From Myxococcota bacterium (lineage in GTDB: Bacteria; Myxococcota_A; Polyangia; Polyangiales; Houyiibacteriaceae): a stretch of DNA of 64,000 nucleotides. Position numbers and translations under genes: made by a program. The DNA lies in contig JBCCEA010000009.1 in assembly GCA_039030515.1 (NCBI GenBank), positions 68,534 to 132,533 of the forward strand, written 5' to 3'. Position 1 is the stretch's first letter. Each line of letters starts with the position of its first letter. Positions 49,187 through 57,781 of the stretch are shown in pieces. Below the pieces are notes generated by a model, which was not told the DNA's origin, made no database searches, and was given only the letters and a program-made list of their open reading frames with translations.

Positions 49187-50620
49187 TTGATACAAGCGCA
49201 GTTCAACTTCCCCATGCCAGGATACTCCTCCAGAACTCTTATGTTCCATGTAAGCCTTATTTTCCTTAGGATCGCGGGCATCCGAACGCTGGCCGTCTTC
49301 ACCACACTCGGCCTGTGCGCGACGCAGCATCCGGCGCTGGCCCAAACCTTTCCCGGCGCCAAAGAATGGGCCGAAGCGATCGTCGAGAACGCAGAGCATC
49401 AACGCAAGTGGGCGGGTCCGCGAACGCCTTGGCCCGTCGAAAAGCCACGTCCAATCGGATTCTTTCGCGTTTCCTCATCGCTTGCTCCGGTTTCGGTTCA
49501 CGCGCCTTACGGAACTTCTCAGAGCCACATCGAGCACGCTCTGGACGCACTGGAATCGGCGTATATGCAGACTAGAGCCGCCGGCTGGCCGGTCCCGTTC
49601 CCAGACGGAGCCCGAGGAGGCAACTCAGACTTCGACCTCTACCTCCACCCAAACGCGCATCCCCTCGGGGCCGCACACAGCGACGGTCCAATCGACTGGT
49701 TCCTACTCGACGCGGTGAGCTCCTTTGCGGAGGTGCGGCCCACATCGTCCCGTTCTGAGGCCTGTATCGTCTCCGCTTACGTTCAGGGAGTCTTGCTGCA
49801 GCAGGACCCCGCTGAGTCCGAAGCTTGGCGGCGTGCCACCGGCGACTACCTCGCCTGGAGAACCACCGGCGCGTACGGATGCGAAGGCTCTGCACTCGAG
49901 CAGCAAACCGAGCCATATCGATCGTGGATTCAAGGATCGTACGGTGAAGGGGCGGGCGGCGCGCTCATGCTCTCACTGCTTTCAGCCCGATTTGACTTGG
50001 GGGATGGGACGTTGGTGCGAGAGCTCTGGCAGCTCGCGAGACAGCATACTTGGGAGGGGGCCGGACTGCGTGCCAGTCCCGACCTATGGGAGGCGCTCGA
50101 GCAGATGGTCAAGATGCACTCTCAAAGCCTGAGCGAAGTGCTCGAACGACTGGCCATCGATCGCTTTCTCCTCGGCTACGACAAGCAGGAGCGACCGCTG
50201 CGCGACATCGTTGGGGGACTGCCTCCAGTGCCGGTTGCCTGGACGACCGAGTGGAACGCCCTGCCTGCACACGCCCCACCCGCAACTCCCGCCATCGGAC
50301 CAGGAGGCAGCTACTACGCGTGGGTCGACGTCCGAGGCGCGCCTCGGGATCGAGAGCTTTGGGTTTGGTTGCGGGGAGAATACGGGGTTGAATGGTCGCT
50401 TTCGGCGCTCGGCCTAGGCGGGGACGGTCGCGAGCTCCATCGGATCAGCGCCCCCGCAACCCGAATACCGAGAGCCTTTTTGCCGGTGCAGATCCATGAG
50501 GGCACCGCGCGGGTGCTGCTCGTAGGGACCAATCTTTCCAGCCGCAGACCCGATGCCGACATTCCTGAGGAAAACCAGCGCTCCATGCGCCTGATCGTCG
50601 ATCGCGAACAAAATCGGTAG
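49187..50620 (+). CDS. Exported zincin-like protein (MXAN_6640-like), HExxH absent
   Basis: GWPVP..DGARGG..DFDLYL and D..E..W..AT context; signal peptide ending ALA-Q. Start uncertain. Confidence 0.5.
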   Translation: MIQAQFNFPMPGYSSRTLMFHVSLIFLRIAGIRTLAVFTTLGLCATQHPALAQTFPGAKEWAEAIVENAEHQRKWAGPRTPWPVEKPRPIGFFRVSSSLAPVSVHAPYGTSQSHIEHALDALESAYMQTRAAGWPVPFPDGARGGNSDFDLYLHPNAHPLGAAHSDGPIDWFLLDAVSSFAEVRPTSSRSEACIVSAYVQGVLLQQDPAESEAWRRATGDYLAWRTTGAYGCEGSALEQQTEPYRSWIQGSYGEGAGGALMLSLLSARFDLGDGTLVRELWQLARQHTWEGAGLRASPDLWEALEQMVKMHSQSLSEVLERLAIDRFLLGYDKQERPLRDIVGGLPPVPVAWTTEWNALPAHAPPATPAIGPGGSYYAWVDVRGAPRDRELWVWLRGEYGVEWSLSALGLGGDGRELHRISAPATRIPRAFLPVQIHEGTARVLLVGTNLSSRRPDADIPEENQRSMRLIVDREQNR

Positions 50621-50983
50621 GTTGTAGTAGGGGGAGCTTCGGCAGCGGGACGGCTGAGCAACACTCTGTTTTTGCAAACAGCATATCGAGTAAGTCGATG
50701 ACACGTCATTTCAAGCACGCTCATCTAGAGCGCCCACGACGACAGTTATGAGGACCATGCGCTGACCTCTTGGATCTACTAGAGTTAGATTGATGCAACG
50801 CCACGTAAAACGCCTCGAAAGCCACTGACTTTGAAACTCAGAATCCACACCACTTCGTACCGTAATGAAGCACTGCGCACGCCGTCGACTTACGTAAGCA
50901 GCCCTCAGGCGTACGGCTGCAACGGTGTCGTCTGGCCACATTGGGCACTGTAGTTTCGCTACGTTGAGCAAGGCGCTACTTGA

Positions 50984-52660
50984 TTGATGCAGGCACCGAA
51001 AGCCGAAACTGAGAAGAAAGCGCCCAAGGCACATCGATTGATGCAATCGATGAAGTCGCGCGCAAGATGGCCTCCGATTGAGCGGATTGAGATAGTCGAT
51101 GACCGAGTATCAGAACCACACCTAGTATCAGAACCACTAGTCCAGGCGTATCATTGCAAACGCGAGTACTACAAACTTCGGCTAGAAAACGCGTCGAAGT
51201 TATGGCAATGGCTAGTATCGCTTATGAATCCAGAATCGTTCATCAAGAATGCCAAAACCAGCAGGAAGAAGAAAAAGAAAAGAGATACAGAAAGCCCACT
51301 CGACTCAGAAGATTTTGATCTATTTCGAACTTGTGCATTCGAATTCATTCGAAGCATAAATGAGGCAGAATGCGTTCTTGTACAAAACAAGTTGCCGGAG
51401 AGCAAAGTCAATTTCATCGACGCTACGACCGAATTGATGCAATTTTATCGACTGCACCTCACTCCAACGAGCGCCAATGTCTCTGATCTTGATTCGTTTG
51501 TTCGCCGCTTCATGCCGGTATCCAGTGCATCCTATAGCGCCTCAGATCTGCACTGGGAGCTGGCAATTTTATTGAATCTTGTCTTTGGCTATTGGAATCA
51601 ACTCGACCTGCACTTGGCAAGCGCCTCCAGATTGGGAGTCCCTATGTCTGAGTCGCTTCGGGAATCCAAGAGCCTCTTAGATACTCAACTCGACTCGGTA
51701 ATACGCGACGTAAATTCCACTATCAAGGATACATCCGACCAGGTAAGTCGAAATAAACAAATACTAAATGCGTGTTTCAGGGAGAAAAAACTCAGTCAAG
51801 AACGCGCATCGCAGATCTCAGGCCAGATTAATAAAGTTACAGCGCGTTTGGAAGAGCAAATCAATACACTCGTTCGAGTCGACCAATCTATCCAAACGTT
51901 GAGCCAGGAGATCACCAGCGCGGTAGAAACGACTAAGGATCGCGCTCTGCAACGTATACAAAGAGGTGCACGCCGCTGGGTCAGCGGAAGGAGGCAAACA
52001 GAGGATGCGAGCGCGCGGATCATCCAGAAGAGCATGCGCCGTTGGCTAGCTCAGATTCACCGGCATCAGGCGCAGCAACGTCAGCTGCAGACTACGGACG
52101 AGAGTGGAGCAGATCGGTTTAGTGCAGGACACAATGTGGCTTCTCGCGACTCGACTGCGTCAAGTACCCCCACTGCTGCACCTGTTTACAAAGCCCATCC
52201 CAAGCTAGTGCGCCCACTACGAACTCCGCCGAAGAGCAGTCCTCCTCGGTCAAAAGCTGCACCTGCCTCTTTGCGGCCTCCGCAGCCTCGTCCAGCGTCG
52301 CGCTACAGGGTTCGCTTTGCGGGCCCGCGCGATCAGCTCATCGATCGCTTTTATGCGGGTTTGACGGTGAGCCCCGAACAGCGAGCACGTCTTGAGCAGC
52401 GGATAGTCCGTGCGGTCGAGCAAGGCCGCAGTTCATTGATCCGGGATCATGTGCTCCCTGACTTCTACAAAAACATACCTATGCAGCACGACACTGCCAG
52501 CAATACTGCAGTCTTCTACTCGGTCGACCAGGTATCCGGCGATATCATCGTCTACGCGATCGCTGCCCACAAAGGCCGAGGGAACAAAACCTATGTGGGT
52601 CAATGCTTCAATCCCAGCACCCATAGGTATCAGCGCTTCCGGATCCGACTTGATTCATGA
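50984..52660 (+). CDS. Orphan protein with basic stretch, coiled coil, IQ-like motifs and RelE-like C-terminal domain
   Basis: 558-aa ORF, visibly A/T-richer than its neighbours. See findings. Confidence 0.6.
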   Translation: MMQAPKAETEKKAPKAHRLMQSMKSRARWPPIERIEIVDDRVSEPHLVSEPLVQAYHCKREYYKLRLENASKLWQWLVSLMNPESFIKNAKTSRKKKKKRDTESPLDSEDFDLFRTCAFEFIRSINEAECVLVQNKLPESKVNFIDATTELMQFYRLHLTPTSANVSDLDSFVRRFMPVSSASYSASDLHWELAILLNLVFGYWNQLDLHLASASRLGVPMSESLRESKSLLDTQLDSVIRDVNSTIKDTSDQVSRNKQILNACFREKKLSQERASQISGQINKVTARLEEQINTLVRVDQSIQTLSQEITSAVETTKDRALQRIQRGARRWVSGRRQTEDASARIIQKSMRRWLAQIHRHQAQQRQLQTTDESGADRFSAGHNVASRDSTASSTPTAAPVYKAHPKLVRPLRTPPKSSPPRSKAAPASLRPPQPRPASRYRVRFAGPRDQLIDRFYAGLTVSPEQRARLEQRIVRAVEQGRSSLIRDHVLPDFYKNIPMQHDTASNTAVFYSVDQVSGDIIVYAIAAHKGRGNKTYVGQCFNPSTHRYQRFRIRLDS

Positions 52661-52701
52661 GCACTGCAGCCTGACTGAGTTAAGGATGCAAACCCTACGC
52701 C

Positions 52702-53940
52702 TCACTCCTGGGGCGTTCCGAAGGAGGTACCGCAGTTGGCACAAAAACGGGCCCCTGGCGTGCCCTGCGTTCCACAGGCCGGGCAGAACTTTGGAGCTAC
52801 CGCCAGCTGAGCGCCGCAGTTCGAGCAGAACTTGCCGGGGGGAACATCGGCGCCGCACTCCGCGCAGCTGACCAAACTAGAGGCGCCTGCAGCGGGCGGA
52901 GCGATGGGTTGCTGTGGTGCAGGCCCCTGCTGAAAGGCTCCCTGAAAAGCGCTTGCAACCCCGAACCCCGCACCGAGTCCAGCGCCCGCCATCATCGCGC
53001 CTCCCTGGTCTCCGGCGCTCCCCCCTTGCGCCATCCCTTCTCCTGCTCCGATCATCGCCTTACCCGCAGCGAACTGACCGAAGTTGCCCTGCGCCAGCTG
53101 TTGAACATAGCGCGCGTCGTTTCCAAAATCTTGGTCGAGCTTAAACTGACGTTGCTGAGCGAGAGCCTGCGCTTCTGAGACTCCGATATTCGCCACCCGA
53201 GCCGCCCGTTTTGCCGCTCCGAGTTCCGCCTGGGCGGACTTGAGTCGTTCTTCATCCTCAGCGGAGAGGTTGATTCGAAACTGTCCGATCTCGACGATGC
53301 GAACGCCGATGTTTTCGAGACTAGGAGAACGCTGCAAAAACGCTTCAGCGAGTCGGTTCTGGAGCGGCATCAACTGCAGCAGGGACTTTTGCTCCGAGAT
53401 GCATACTTCGCCGATGACCGAGGTCACGCTATTCATGAACACACCAGCGATCCATTTCGTCACCTCGGCGTTCTCTCCTGGAGCGTTCACACCGACGTAG
53501 TTCACGATAAAGCGTTCGGGGTCGACGATCTGCAGCGCCATCGAGCCGTAGATTCTCGGCGTGACCATTTCCCCGAGCATGGGGTCTTCCATGTAGCCGA
53601 GGGAGTCGCCAAAGCGCACGTCGTAGACCGGCTTCATCGTCACGAAGAAGAGATCGGTCAGGAAGACGTTGCTTCCCGTCACACGGTCGATGAGGCGCCC
53701 AAGAAAAGGAATGTTTTCGGAAGAAAGGGTGTGACGCTGGCCTGAACCTGCGGTGCGTAGCGTGCCGATGATCGATCCGTCTCGAAAGAATACCGCGGCT
53801 TCATCGGCATCGACTGTCAGCTGAGACCAATTGGGCAGGGTACTTTCTGGATGCTTGTAGACGATCCGGTCCTTGTGCTCATCCGGACGCTGAACCAGTA
53901 TTTCCCGGACGCCCTTGGTGACGAAATCGAATATTCCCAT
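52702..53940 (-). CDS. SPFH/Band-7-like (YdjI-like) protein with double zinc ribbon
   Basis: SQLTVDADEAAVFFRDG; AGLGAGFG; CAECG..KFCSNCG..FCPACG..FCANCG. Confidence 0.85.
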   Translation of the reverse strand: MGIFDFVTKGVREILVQRPDEHKDRIVYKHPESTLPNWSQLTVDADEAAVFFRDGSIIGTLRTAGSGQRHTLSSENIPFLGRLIDRVTGSNVFLTDLFFVTMKPVYDVRFGDSLGYMEDPMLGEMVTPRIYGSMALQIVDPERFIVNYVGVNAPGENAEVTKWIAGVFMNSVTSVIGEVCISEQKSLLQLMPLQNRLAEAFLQRSPSLENIGVRIVEIGQFRINLSAEDEERLKSAQAELGAAKRAARVANIGVSEAQALAQQRQFKLDQDFGNDARYVQQLAQGNFGQFAAGKAMIGAGEGMAQGGSAGDQGGAMMAGAGLGAGFGVASAFQGAFQQGPAPQQPIAPPAAGASSLVSCAECGADVPPGKFCSNCGAQLAVAPKFCPACGTQGTPGARFCANCGTSFGTPQE

Positions 53941-54112
53941 GCCGCCCTCTACCTCCTCGGCGTCTGCGCGCCCCGGCCTCTGTGATACTAGTTCTTTTGA
54001 TAGAGACGGGCCATTCGCGTGAGCGCGGAGCCAACCGAGCATCAAAGCCAGCAACGTTTGCGGGTTCAGCAGGGTGTGTCCAGGCACGATAGGCCGATAG
54101 GATTCCCCCCGC

Positions 54113-54141
54113 TTGACGGGTCGAGTTGCTCCCGACATAAT
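54113..54141 (+). promoter_or_regulatory. Sigma70-type promoter for rpsO-pnp
   Basis: TTGACG-N17-CATAAT, 30 bp upstream of the rpsO ATG. Confidence 0.6.
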
Positions 54142-54171
54142 CCGGCGGCTCTAACGTAGAAATGCGAGTTT

Positions 54172-54444
54172 ATGGCTCTTCATCCCGAACTCAAGACGGA
54201 AATCGTCGCTCAGCACCGAACTCACGAAACGGACACTGGCTCGCCAGAAGTGCAGATAGCGCTCATGACGGCGAGGATTTCCAGAATCACGTCGCATCTC
54301 GGAGAGAAACATCAGAAAGACACCGCTTCGCGACGTGGTTTGCTGAAACTGGTGAGCCGACGCAGGAGATTGCTCCGCTACCTTCGAGGCCAAAGCCCAG
54401 AGCGCTATCGCAGTCTGATCAACAAACTTGGGATCCGTAAGTAA
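54172..54444 (+). CDS. rpsO: 30S ribosomal protein S15
   Basis: [36 protein letters not shown]. Confidence 0.97.
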   Translation: MALHPELKTEIVAQHRTHETDTGSPEVQIALMTARISRITSHLGEKHQKDTASRRGLLKLVSRRRRLLRYLRGQSPERYRSLINKLGIRK

Positions 54445-54724
54445 CCCGTCTAGGGTGGATCTACGCCAGAATCGAACTCGTTGGTATCGGACGACCAGGG
54501 AGTTGTAAACCTCGCGCGAACCTTCAAAGGTACGTGTTCGACCCAGTAAGTCCGAGATCGCTAGCCACAGTTATTAGGAACCAGGGCGCGCAAGACTGCG
54601 AAGATGGGTTGTTCGATCTTCGCCTCGAGGACTTCTATCAGAAGTCTTGGAACCGAGGACCGAGCCCTTGCTTCGCTGGTCATAATTCGCCCAGTACCGG
54701 GAGCAGAACACTGCACCGGAGGAG

Positions 54725-57181
54725 ATGAATATGATCATCAAGGAATCGGTGAAGATCGGATCGACGGACGTCACGCTCGAAACGGGACGTATTGCAAAAC
54801 AAGCCTCTGCGGCTGTTCTCGTCTCCTGCGGGGAGAGTGTTGTTCTGGTCACGGTGGTGGGCGCTTCTCAAGCGCGCCCGGGCACGGACTTTCTACCGCT
54901 CACGGTAGACTACATCGAAAAAACCTACGCGGCCGGCAAGATTCCGGGCGGTTTTTTCAAGAGAGAAGGCCGTCTCCGCGAGCATGAAATCCTCACCTCT
55001 CGACTCATCGACCGCCCCTGCCGACCTCTGTTTCCCGATGGATATCGGGCTGAGATTCAGGTCGTGGCAACCGTTCTCTCCGCCGATCGAGAAACGCCCA
55101 CTGACGTCTTGGCGATGCTCGGAACTTCTGCTGCATTAACGCTGAGTCCTATTCCCTGGGCCGGCCCCATTGCCGGGGTCCGAGTGGGTCGTGTTGATGG
55201 TCAACTCATAGCCAATCCAACGTTTTCCCAGTTGGAACAAAGCGACTGTGAACTTTTGATCGCCGCGTCCAAAGACGCGATCGTCATGGTCGAAGGCGGC
55301 AGCGTGGAGATGCCGGAATCTGAACTGATCGAAGCGATCTTCTTCGGGCATGAGGCAGTTCAAGACTCCCTGGCGCTTATGGAACAGATGCGAGAGGCCG
55401 TCGGCAAAACCAAGTGGGACTTCGAGCCGGCTCAGCGAAATCCAGCCATCGATGAACAAGTGGCCGACTTTGCGCTCGATGGCGTTTTGGCAGGGTGCAA
55501 TATCGCCGAGAAGCACCCGCGCTACAGCCGATTCAAGGAGATAAAAAAGAGCTGTGTGAGCGCGCTCTCCGAGAAGTTCCCCGAGCAGGAGGGTTCCATT
55601 GCGGAAGCCTACGAGGCCCTGCGCTATCGAACGATGCGGAGCCAGATCCTCGACCAGCAGCGTCGCGTTGACGGACGAAACTTGCGCGAAGTGCGACCCA
55701 TTTCAGTCGAGATCGGCTGGCTCCCCCGAACCCACGGCTCCGCGCTCTTTACCCGGGGAGAAACGCAGGCGATCGTGACGACGACGCTGGGAACATCTCA
55801 GGATGAACAAAAGATCGATGGCCTCACCGACGAGTACTGGAAGCGGTTTCTTCTGCACTACAACTTTCCGGCCTTTTCGGTTGGAGAAACGAAGCCACTA
55901 CGCGGACCTGGCCGAAGAGAAATAGGACACGGCAACCTCGCTGAGCGTGCACTCGCGCGGCTGGTCCCTGATGCGGAGTCTTTTCCGTACACGATCCGTA
56001 TTGTTTCTGAGATCACTGAATCCAACGGCTCGTCATCGATGGCCTCCGTATGCGGCGGAACGCTGGCCATGATGGATGCTGGGGTTCCGATCGAATCTCC
56101 GGTAGCGGGGGTCGCGATGGGTCTGGTCAAGGAGGGCGAAAAGTACGCTGTCCTTACCGACATCCTGGGTGACGAGGATCACCTGGGCGATATGGATTTC
56201 AAAGTCTGCGGGACTCAGAAGGGCGTCACCGCGATCCAAATGGACATCAAGATCGATGGCTTAAGTCGAGAAATCATGACCGAAGCCCTGCAGCAAGCGT
56301 TGGAGGCTCGGCTACATATTCTCAAGTGTATGAACGAGACGATCGCGAAGCCCCGCGAGGAACTCTCAGCCCACGCTCCTCGAATTACCACCATCAAAGT
56401 AAAACCGGATCAGATCCGATTGGTCATCGGTCCCGGCGGCAAAATGATCAAGGCGATCGTGGATCAGACTGGGTGCAAGATAGACATCGCGGACGACGGA
56501 ACCGTCTCGATCGCCTCGTCAGATTCTGCTGCAGTGAGCAAAGCACTCGAAATCATTTCAAATCTGACGACCGAGCCCGAAGTGGGAACGAACTATCGAG
56601 GCACGGTGCGACGCGTAGAGCCCTACGGAGCGTTCCTCGAGATCTCTCCAGGAAACGACGGGCTGCTCCACATTTCCGATATGGCTTGGGAGCGGATCGA
56701 GCGAGTTGAAGACCTGATGAATCTTGGCGACGAGGTAGAGGTTCAGGTCACAAACATCGATAAAGACGGTAAAATCCGGCTCTCTAGAAAAGTGCTACTC
56801 GAAAAGCCCGAGGGCTGGGAAGAACGTCCAGAAGAAGAACGCAGGCCTCCTCGTAGAGAGGGACGCGACCGCGACGGGCGTGACCGCGATGGAAGGCGCC
56901 GATTTCGGGATCGAGATGGTGACGGCACGCGGCGAAGACGAGAACGCCCAGAAGATGGGGAGCGATCCGACAGAAGACAGCGACCTGGCAGAAGCGAAGT
57001 TGGCGGCGACAACCGACCGAGCCAGAGGAGAGAGTCCGGCGAGAGCACGCCGAATGAGAAGCAGAGCGACGGCGAAGACAACGGTCCAGGGCGACGCAGG
57101 CGACGCAGGCGACGGCCTTCAGAAGGCGGCGAAGACCGAACGGCGTCGAGCAGTCAAGCCGACCCGATCGAGCATGAATGA
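54725..57181 (+). CDS. pnp: Polyribonucleotide nucleotidyltransferase
   Basis: ETGRIAKQA, RREIGHG, SNGSSSMAS, GDMDFKV; KH and S1 domains; long charged tail. Confidence 0.97.
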   Translation: MNMIIKESVKIGSTDVTLETGRIAKQASAAVLVSCGESVVLVTVVGASQARPGTDFLPLTVDYIEKTYAAGKIPGGFFKREGRLREHEILTSRLIDRPCRPLFPDGYRAEIQVVATVLSADRETPTDVLAMLGTSAALTLSPIPWAGPIAGVRVGRVDGQLIANPTFSQLEQSDCELLIAASKDAIVMVEGGSVEMPESELIEAIFFGHEAVQDSLALMEQMREAVGKTKWDFEPAQRNPAIDEQVADFALDGVLAGCNIAEKHPRYSRFKEIKKSCVSALSEKFPEQEGSIAEAYEALRYRTMRSQILDQQRRVDGRNLREVRPISVEIGWLPRTHGSALFTRGETQAIVTTTLGTSQDEQKIDGLTDEYWKRFLLHYNFPAFSVGETKPLRGPGRREIGHGNLAERALARLVPDAESFPYTIRIVSEITESNGSSSMASVCGGTLAMMDAGVPIESPVAGVAMGLVKEGEKYAVLTDILGDEDHLGDMDFKVCGTQKGVTAIQMDIKIDGLSREIMTEALQQALEARLHILKCMNETIAKPREELSAHAPRITTIKVKPDQIRLVIGPGGKMIKAIVDQTGCKIDIADDGTVSIASSDSAAVSKALEIISNLTTEPEVGTNYRGTVRRVEPYGAFLEISPGNDGLLHISDMAWERIERVEDLMNLGDEVEVQVTNIDKDGKIRLSRKVLLEKPEGWEERPEEERRPPRREGRDRDGRDRDGRRRFRDRDGDGTRRRRERPEDGERSDRRQRPGRSEVGGDNRPSQRRESGESTPNEKQSDGEDNGPGRRRRRRRRPSEGGEDRTASSSQADPIEHE

Positions 57182-57690
57182 TCCGTTCGAGCATGCACGA
57201 CACCGCCGCATCCAACCTTGCACGGATAGATCAGTCGGTGACTGTTGGGGTCGGCATTCATCTCCTACGACCCAAAATCGTCGGCGTACCGCGATATCAG
57301 ACCTCAGGGGCGAGTGGTCTCGATCTCCAAGCAGCCATTGATGCTCCGCAGAGCGTGGCTCCTGGAAAGCGAGTTCGCATACCCACAGGTATCGCGGTTG
57401 CAATACCCCAAGGCTACGAGGGTCAAGTTCGGCCTCGGTCGGGATTGGCATTCCGGCATGGGGTCACGGTACTCAACGCACCTGGAACAATCGATAGCGA
57501 CTACACCGGCGAGATCGAAGTGCTTCTGGTCCATCTCGGATCTGAGCTGGTTCAGTTAGAACCCGGACAGCGAATCGCTCAGTTGACCTTTGCCCCCGTC
57601 GTTCAGGTATCTCTGAACCTCGTGCATGCTAGTTCAGAACTGGGTATAACTGGCCGAGGCACCCAAGGATTTGGCAGCACCGGAGATTGA
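57178..57690 (+). CDS. dut: dUTP diphosphatase
   Basis: SGLDL, RPRSGLA, GTIDSDY, RIAQL, RG.QGFGSTG. Confidence 0.95.
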   Translation: MIRSSMHDTAASNLARIDQSVTVGVGIHLLRPKIVGVPRYQTSGASGLDLQAAIDAPQSVAPGKRVRIPTGIAVAIPQGYEGQVRPRSGLAFRHGVTVLNAPGTIDSDYTGEIEVLLVHLGSELVQLEPGQRIAQLTFAPVVQVSLNLVHASSELGITGRGTQGFGSTGD

Positions 57691-57781
57691 GAAACCCACA
57701 TCACAGCCGAAGTTCATGCTGCGAGACTCCCCGAAATTAGCGATCGCTCGAACCGAGACGGGTAGGTAGCGGACCCGTTCG

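Noticed and set aside
50711..51046. 111-aa minus-strand ORF as antitoxin or immunity gene for the RelE-like protein
   Set aside because: Divergent, overlaps the 5' end of the large ORF, and has no protein-like motif; probably spurious.
53941..54138. N-terminal extension of the SPFH ORF
   Set aside because: It overlaps the rpsO promoter; a GAGG/GAGGG RBS-like stretch precedes MGIFDF at 53940.
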